Assembly: GCA_029261035.1 (NCBI GenBank)
Contig: JAJDCD010000006.1
Coordinates: forward strand, 1,086-65,085
Length of the DNA: 64,000 nucleotides
Source of the DNA: Candidatus Omnitrophota bacterium
GTDB lineage: Bacteria; Omnitrophota; Omnitrophia; Omnitrophales; JACROU01
Direction: 5' to 3'
Both the position numbers and the translations under genes were made by a program. Positions 58,127-64,000 of the stretch are shown piece after piece. Within the stretch, counting starts at the first letter, position 1, and each line of letters starts with the position of its first letter. Under the pieces are notes generated by a model. The model was not told where the DNA came from and ran no database searches. It was given only the letters and a program-made list of their open reading frames with translations.

Positions 58127-61100
58127 ATGCCTAAAAGAACAGACATAAAAAAAATACTTATTATTGGGTCGGGCCCCATTATTATTGGGCAAGGTTGCGA
58201 ATTTGATTATTCGGGGACGCAAGCTTGTAAGGCTTTGAAGGAAGATGGTTATGAAATTGTTTTGATTAATTCAAACCCTGCAACGATTATGACTGATCCA
58301 AATATTGCGGATCAAACCTATATAGAGCCTGTGACTGTTGAATTTTTAGAGAAAGTGATCGAAAAAGAACGTCCTCAAGCTTGTTTGCCTACGATGGGTG
58401 GTCAAACGGGTTTAAACATTGCCATTGAAGCATGTGATAAAGGGATTTTTGAAAAGTATGGCGTAGAACTTATTGGTGCTGATTATAACGCGATCAAAAA
58501 GGCGGAGAATCGAGAAGAATTTAAAGCCGCTATGAAGAAAATTGGTCTTGATTTGCCTCAAAGTGATTTTGCATACACGGTTGAAGAAGCCGAGGCTGTT
58601 GCGGACAAACTTGGTTATCCAATTGTGGTGAGGCCTAGTTTTACATTAGCGGGTTCTGGAAGTGGTATTTGTTTTAATCGGGATGAGCTGCTTAAAGTAG
58701 CGCGTCTCGGTTTGGAATACAGTATAACCACAGAAGTTTTAATTGAAGAATCGGTTATTGGTTGGAAAGAGTATGAGTTTGAAGTAATGCGGGACACGAA
58801 AGATAATGTGGTGATTATTTGTTCTATTGAAAATTTAGATCCAATGGGAGTGCATACAGGGGATTCTATAACGGTGGCACCTGCGCAGACTTTAACGGAT
58901 AAAGAGTATCAAAGAATGAGGGATGCTTCTCTTGCTGTTATCCGAGAAATTGGGGTAGATACTGGAGGGTCAAATGTTCAGTTTGCTGTAAATCCTAAAG
59001 ATGGACGTATGGTGGTAATTGAGATGAATCCGAGAGTCTCTCGTTCAAGTGCATTAGCGTCAAAGGCTACAGGATTTCCAATTGCTAAGTTTGCTGCCAA
59101 GCTAGCTGTGGGATATTCACTGGATGAAATTTCTAATGACATTACTCGTTATACTCCAGCTTCTTTTGAACCATCCATTGATTACTGCGTTGTTAAAATT
59201 CCGAGATTTGCTTTTGAGAAATTTGAGGGAGTGGATGATACTCTTTCGACCCAAATGAAATCTGTAGGAGAAGCGATGTCCATAGGGAGGACATTTAAAG
59301 AGGCCTTTCAAAAAGGATTGCGCAGTTTGGAAATTAAACGTTTTGGGTTTGGAGGTGACGGTTATGATGAATTCTTTGGTGAAAAGCTTAATACAAAAGA
59401 AAAGTTAGTTCAATTTATTCAGAAAGCTAAAACCGATGAACATATTAAAGAAAAGATAATGCATTATATTTCTAAGCCAAAGGCAGATAGGCTTTTTTAT
59501 TTGAAGTTTGCTTTTTATGCGGGTTTTACTTCAGAAGAAATAAATAAAGTTTGTTTTATAGATCTGTGGTTTTTAGAGAATATGCGTCAGATTGTTGATT
59601 TGGAAATGGAATTACTTCATATTTCTGAAACGAAGCATGATTCAAGTTCTAGAGTTGTTTTGGGAAATCAAAGTGCTCTAAAAAATATAGATCTCTACTT
59701 ATTGCGAAAAGCGAAACAGTATGGGTTTTCTGATAAACAATTAGCCTTTTATTTTGATACAACAGAATCAAAAGTAAGAAAGTTTCGCGAAAAAAGCAAT
59801 GTAACACCCGTATATAAGCTTGTGGATACTTGTGCTGCTGAATTTAAAGCATATACACCTTATTTTTACTCAACGTATGAAGATGAACATGATGTAACAC
59901 CGACACAGAACAAGAAAATTATGATTCTGGGTGGAGGGCCGAACCGTATTGGTCAGGGTATTGAATTTGACTATTGTTGTGTTCAAGCAGCGTTTGCTTT
60001 TAAAGAAATGGGTTTTGAAACAATTATGGTGAACTCGAACCCAGAAACTGTGAGTACCGATTATGATACATCAGACAAACTTTATTTCGAGCCATTAACC
60101 TTTGAGGATGTTCTTAATATTGTGCAGTTTGAAAAACCTCTGGGTGTGATCGTTCAATTAGGAGGTCAGACACCTTTAAATATCAGCAATGAACTAGAAA
60201 AAAATGGAGTTAAGATTCTAGGAACTTCGGTAGCCTCTATTGATATGGCTGAAGATAGAAATAAGTTTAAGAAGTTACTCCATCGCATTAATTTAAAACA
60301 GCCAGCAAATGATATTGTGTATACAGAAAAGGAGGCAATAAGAGCAGCCAATGAAATTGGATATCCCGTAGTTGTCCGACCTTCCTATGTTTTGGGTGGG
60401 CGAGCTATGGAAATTGCTTATGATGAAGACTTCTTGGTAAAGTATATGAAAACAGCCGTAAGTTTGAGTGATGAGCAACCTGTTTTAATTGATAAGTTTT
60501 TAGAAAATGCTTCTGAGGTTGATGTGGATATGATAGCTGATGGAACTATAGGTGTTGTTGGCGGAATTATGGAGCACGTTGAAGAGGCTGGGATTCATTC
60601 TGGGGACAGTGCTTGTGTGATTCCTCCTTACTCTTTATCTCCAGCCATTAAAAGTGAATTGAGAGATAAGACAGAGCAGTTAGCAAAAGAACTTAAAGTT
60701 AAAGGGTTGATGAATGTTCAGTATGCCATTCAGAATGATGATATCTATTGTTTAGAAGTAAACCCTCGCGCGAGCCGAACTATTCCTTTTGTAAGTAAAG
60801 CAATAGGGGTTCCTCTTGCTAAATTGGCAGCAAAAGTTATGGCGGGAGCAAAACTTAAGGAGCTAGGTTTTGAAGAGCAAGTTCATCCAAAACATTTTTC
60901 TGTGAAAGAATCTGTGTTTCCATTTATTAAGTTTCCAGGGGTTGATATTATTTTGTCTCCAGAAATGAAGTCGACGGGAGAAGTGATGGGGATTGATGAA
61001 GATTTTGGAAGCGCATTTTACAAATCACAGGATGCGGCTTCTGCTCAGTTGCCATCCAGCGGAACCGTATTTGTCAGTGTGAAGGACTCGGATAAATCTC

Positions 61101-61486
61101 GTATTCTACCGATTGCAAAAAGACTTCATGAAATGGGTTTTAATATTATTTCTACTAAAGGAACAGCGTCCTTTTTATCCGAAGCGAATGTGCCTGTAGA
61201 ACCTGTTTTGAAGATAGCAGAAGGGCGACCTAATATTGCGGATTTTATTAGAAACAGTACAGTTAATTTAATTATTAATACACCGAATGGAAAAGGTCCT
61301 ATGTTGGACGAGGCTAAAATTCGTTCTTTGGCTGTTTCTTTTCAGGTGCCTTGTATTACAACAGTTCAAGCTGCAGAATGTGCTGTTATGGGAATTAAAG
61401 CAAAGCAAGAAAAGGGATTTAAAGTACAGAGTTTGCAAGAGTATCATTTGAATAAGAACGCTGAAAAGGCGTCTATTTCCTTATAA
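58127..61486 (+). CDS. carB: Carbamoyl-phosphate synthase large subunit
   Basis: [18 protein letters not shown]; [10 protein letters not shown]; [13 protein letters not shown]; EVNPRASRT. Confidence 0.99.
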   Translation: MPKRTDIKKILIIGSGPIIIGQGCEFDYSGTQACKALKEDGYEIVLINSNPATIMTDPNIADQTYIEPVTVEFLEKVIEKERPQACLPTMGGQTGLNIAIEACDKGIFEKYGVELIGADYNAIKKAENREEFKAAMKKIGLDLPQSDFAYTVEEAEAVADKLGYPIVVRPSFTLAGSGSGICFNRDELLKVARLGLEYSITTEVLIEESVIGWKEYEFEVMRDTKDNVVIICSIENLDPMGVHTGDSITVAPAQTLTDKEYQRMRDASLAVIREIGVDTGGSNVQFAVNPKDGRMVVIEMNPRVSRSSALASKATGFPIAKFAAKLAVGYSLDEISNDITRYTPASFEPSIDYCVVKIPRFAFEKFEGVDDTLSTQMKSVGEAMSIGRTFKEAFQKGLRSLEIKRFGFGGDGYDEFFGEKLNTKEKLVQFIQKAKTDEHIKEKIMHYISKPKADRLFYLKFAFYAGFTSEEINKVCFIDLWFLENMRQIVDLEMELLHISETKHDSSSRVVLGNQSALKNIDLYLLRKAKQYGFSDKQLAFYFDTTESKVRKFREKSNVTPVYKLVDTCAAEFKAYTPYFYSTYEDEHDVTPTQNKKIMILGGGPNRIGQGIEFDYCCVQAAFAFKEMGFETIMVNSNPETVSTDYDTSDKLYFEPLTFEDVLNIVQFEKPLGVIVQLGGQTPLNISNELEKNGVKILGTSVASIDMAEDRNKFKKLLHRINLKQPANDIVYTEKEAIRAANEIGYPVVVRPSYVLGGRAMEIAYDEDFLVKYMKTAVSLSDEQPVLIDKFLENASEVDVDMIADGTIGVVGGIMEHVEEAGIHSGDSACVIPPYSLSPAIKSELRDKTEQLAKELKVKGLMNVQYAIQNDDIYCLEVNPRASRTIPFVSKAIGVPLAKLAAKVMAGAKLKELGFEEQVHPKHFSVKESVFPFIKFPGVDIILSPEMKSTGEVMGIDEDFGSAFYKSQDAASAQLPSSGTVFVSVKDSDKSRILPIAKRLHEMGFNIISTKGTASFLSEANVPVEPVLKIAEGRPNIADFIRNSTVNLIINTPNGKGPMLDEAKIRSLAVSFQVPCITTVQAAECAVMGIKAKQEKGFKVQSLQEYHLNKNAEKASISL

Positions 61487-61570
61487 GTACTATAGATATA
61501 AAGAGCTGTTTGTAATTTAGGTAAAGTATGGTAGTCTTCCTAAATCTTTTCTATAGAGGGGTGAGAATTA

Positions 61571-61936
61571 ATGAAACTAGTAGATGATTTTAATACATTT
61601 TGGCCTAAGTACATAGTAGAGCATCAGGATAAAAATAATAGAAGAATGCATTTTGTTGCTTCTTTATTAGGGCTCTCTCTGGCTATTGTCTTTTTGCTGA
61701 CAATGAAGATCAGTATCGCATTATTGGCTCTTGTGCTTTCTTATGGATTTGCATGGGCTGGGCATTTTATATTTGAGAAAAACAAGCCGCTCACTTGGAA
61801 AAACCCCTTACTTTCTTTAATGGCAGACTATCGTTTGTTCTTTGTTATGATCGTGGGAGATTTTAATGAGGAGCTGAATAAGTTTAAAGTTGTAGAAACG
61901 GTAGAAGAAAAAGAAGAAGAACTCGTCGAAGTTTAA
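61571..61936 (+). CDS. DUF962 / Mpo1-like membrane protein
   Basis: FWPKY..EH...RRMHF...YGFAWAGHFIFEKNKP. Confidence 0.85.
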   Translation: MKLVDDFNTFWPKYIVEHQDKNNRRMHFVASLLGLSLAIVFLLTMKISIALLALVLSYGFAWAGHFIFEKNKPLTWKNPLLSLMADYRLFFVMIVGDFNEELNKFKVVETVEEKEEELVEV

Positions 61937-61960
61937 TCCTTACAAAAAACAAGGGAAGCA

Positions 61961-62743
61961 ATGTTTGATTTATTGGTTAAGGTCAAAGACAATAAAAAAA
62001 TATCTCCAGATTTATGGGTGCTTAGCTTTGATTCGGAAAAGCTAGCTCAAACAATTGTTCCTGGTCAATTTTTAGAATTTAAAGTTAGAAACTCTACAGA
62101 TCCTTTCTTAAGACGTCCTTTCAGTGTTTATAAGATTAAAAATAATACCATCGAGATTTTGTATGAAGTTGTGGGTGAGGGAACTCACCTTATGTCTGAA
62201 TTGCAACCCGGCGACACGTTTTTATCTTTAGGGCCTCTGGGGACCACATTTACTCCACAAAAAAATAAAAAAGTTATTATGGTCGGTGGTGGTGTGGGGG
62301 CTGCTCCGTTGGTGTTTTTAGCGCAAAAACAGGACTTTGATTCGATGATGTTGGGTTTTCGAGGAGAGTCTGCTGTTCTCCCATTGTCGGAAGCGATTGG
62401 AGACGATAATAAGTGGGTCTATGCAACGAATGATGGGTCCGTAGGTCACAAAGGGTTTATCACACAACCCTTGGAAGAACTATTTAAACAAGAAGATTCT
62501 CCTGAAAATTTGTTTATTTATTCTTGTGGCCCTAACCCCATGTTGTTAGAAGTAGCACGTATATGCCAACAGTACGGAGTGGATGGAGAAGTTTCTTTAG
62601 AAGAACGTATGGGCTGTGGTGTTGGAGCTTGTTTAGGGTGTGCTGTGTTAACAAAGTCAAAAGGGTATGTACCATCCTGTAAATATGGGCCTGTTTTTAA
62701 TATTCAAGATTTAGAATTAGATGAATTGAAGAATAGCGGATAG
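61961..62743 (+). CDS. pyrK: Dihydroorotate dehydrogenase electron transfer subunit
   Basis: PGQF; LRRPFS; GGGVGAAP; CGP; MGCGVGACLGC...C [2Fe-2S]. Confidence 0.95.
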   Translation: MFDLLVKVKDNKKISPDLWVLSFDSEKLAQTIVPGQFLEFKVRNSTDPFLRRPFSVYKIKNNTIEILYEVVGEGTHLMSELQPGDTFLSLGPLGTTFTPQKNKKVIMVGGGVGAAPLVFLAQKQDFDSMMLGFRGESAVLPLSEAIGDDNKWVYATNDGSVGHKGFITQPLEELFKQEDSPENLFIYSCGPNPMLLEVARICQQYGVDGEVSLEERMGCGVGACLGCAVLTKSKGYVPSCKYGPVFNIQDLELDELKNSG

Positions 62744-62880
62744 CGTGGAGCGTGGAGCGGATAGAGCAAACCACCCACATCCTAACCTTCTACCTCCACC
62801 GGAGGGAGAAGGAATAGAGAGTTTGACATGGAATAAAAACAAAGGAACCCTATTCGCTAAACGCTCTACGCTCCACGCTA
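62734..62880. repeat. Inverted repeat of 7-nt tandem units enclosing a REP-like hairpin
   Basis: TAGCGGA TAGCGTG GAGCGTG GAGCGGA ... TTCGCTA AACGCTC TACGCTC CACGCTA; inner CCTTCTACCTCC-ACC-GGAGGGAGAAGG. Confidence 0.8.
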
Positions 62881-62898
62881 ATAAACATAGGAATTAAT

Positions 62899-63831
62899 AT
62901 GAGCCAGAAATCAAAGATAGATTTATCTACAAAAATTGGAGATGTGACATTTAAAAACCCTATTACTGTGGCTTCGGGAACCTTTGGCAACACAGATGAA
63001 TATGAGCCGTATGTTGATTTTGGTGAGCTGGGTGCTTTTGTCACAAAAACAATTACGTTGAATCCAAGAGTCGGGAATCCAATGCCTCGAATTTTCGAAA
63101 CGCCTAGTGGGATGCTGAATGCAATAGGTTTAGAGAATAAAGGGCTTGAGGACTATATTGAAAATAAACTTCCTTACCTTTCTAAAATAAAAACAAACTT
63201 GATTACAAGTATTGCCGGTAAAGATGCTTCTGAGCTTGCTGGCATGGCAAAGCGTTTGGACTCTTGTAATGAAGTGTCTGCTATTGAACTGAATCTTTCT
63301 TGTCCTAATATTAGAGATAAGAATGTGAAAGTTGCTAAACATGCAGAAGAGGTAGAAAGGGTTGTTAAGGAAGTCCGCCAGTGCACCAACAAACTTTTGA
63401 TTACCAAGCTTTCTCCAGAGATGGATTTCTTTATGGAGGTTGCGGAACTTTCTGTGAAATCAGGAACAGATGCTTTAAGTATGATTAATACGATTAAGGG
63501 AATGGCGATTAACGTAAATACATTGAAGCCCATGTTATCCAATGTTACGGGTGGCTTAAGTGGTCCTGCAGTTCGTCCTATTGCGCTTCGATATGTTTAT
63601 GAGGTAAAGCAGCATTTGGATATTCCGGTGATTGGCATGGGCGGAGTTGCTTCTTGGAGAGATGCTATGGAGTTTATAATTGCAGGAGCCCATATGGTTG
63701 CTACGGGAACATCCAATTTTGTCAATCCTCGAGCGCCGCAAGACTGTGTTGAGGGAATTGAGAACTATATGCAAGAGAAGGGATATTCTTCCATGAAGGA
63801 TATTCGAGGAAAATTACAGACATCTGTTTAA
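62899..63831 (+). CDS. pyrD: Dihydroorotate dehydrogenase family 1B, catalytic subunit
   Basis: NPITVASGTFG; GMLNAIGLEN; ELNLSCPN; GGLSGP. Confidence 0.97.
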   Translation: MSQKSKIDLSTKIGDVTFKNPITVASGTFGNTDEYEPYVDFGELGAFVTKTITLNPRVGNPMPRIFETPSGMLNAIGLENKGLEDYIENKLPYLSKIKTNLITSIAGKDASELAGMAKRLDSCNEVSAIELNLSCPNIRDKNVKVAKHAEEVERVVKEVRQCTNKLLITKLSPEMDFFMEVAELSVKSGTDALSMINTIKGMAINVNTLKPMLSNVTGGLSGPAVRPIALRYVYEVKQHLDIPVIGMGGVASWRDAMEFIIAGAHMVATGTSNFVNPRAPQDCVEGIENYMQEKGYSSMKDIRGKLQTSV

Positions 63832-63842
63832 GGGGAGTAATG

Positions 63843-64000
63843 ATGGAAAATAAAGATCGAGTAATTATTGCTTTAGATGTGGACAACATGGCTGATTGCA
63901 GAAATAGGGTAGACCAACTCTGTGAACAAGTTTCAGTTTTTAAAATTGGAATGGAGCTTTACACCGCCTGTGGACAGGATGCCGTAGAGTATGTGCATAA
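63843..64000 (+). CDS. pyrF: Orotidine-5'-phosphate decarboxylase, N-terminal part (runs off window)
   Basis: Hand translation: MENKDRVIIALDV...VFKIGMELYTACG; GGGGAG SD. Confidence 0.9.
   Translation, partial: MENKDRVIIALDVDNMADCRNRVDQLCEQVSVFKIGMELYTACGQDAVEYVH

Noticed and set aside
62734-62880. CRISPR array
   Set aside because: Units are 7 nt, tandem and without unique spacers; no cas genes in the window
722-63774. Numerous 60-170 aa ORFs antisense to or in alternate frames of core genes (e.g. 7357..7881, 31683..32162, 54467..54955)
   Set aside because: Shadows of well-conserved genes, with no recognisable motifs or SD sites

Overview
AT-rich bacterial core-genome window, almost all on the + strand. 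It holds the S10-spc-alpha ribosomal superoperon (rplC 3' end to rplQ, no rpmD), then aspC-like, a truncated mfd, surA-pdxA-rsmA, gatCAB, ctpA-like/divergent polysaccharide deacetylase/tsaD, mgtC, hisG, an unannotated 32-aa bS22-like gene, ispE-spoVG-tRNA-Gln, clpX with two sugar ABC permeases, glmU-prs-rplY-pth, rpsF-ssb-rplI-dnaB (no rpsR), an outer-membrane/lipid A cluster (bamA-skp-lpxC/fabZ-lpxA-lpxI, inverted gnnA-like-lpxB, msbA) interrupted by a NifA-like sigma54 activator and a lone receiver domain, yccA, and a PyrR-attenuated pyr operon running off the end in pyrF. Gene content suggests a diderm of the PVC group, possibly Ca. Omnitrophota (inference only). I found no transposase, prophage, CRISPR array or rRNA. 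The best leads are: an L17 tail ending in a MinD-like amphipathic helix, intergenic inverted repeats with 7-nt periodicity, a minimal Mfd lacking its autoinhibitory domain, structured leaders before gatC and msbA, and the NifA-like regulator inside the lipid A cluster. All calls come from reading the sequence; no searches were run.
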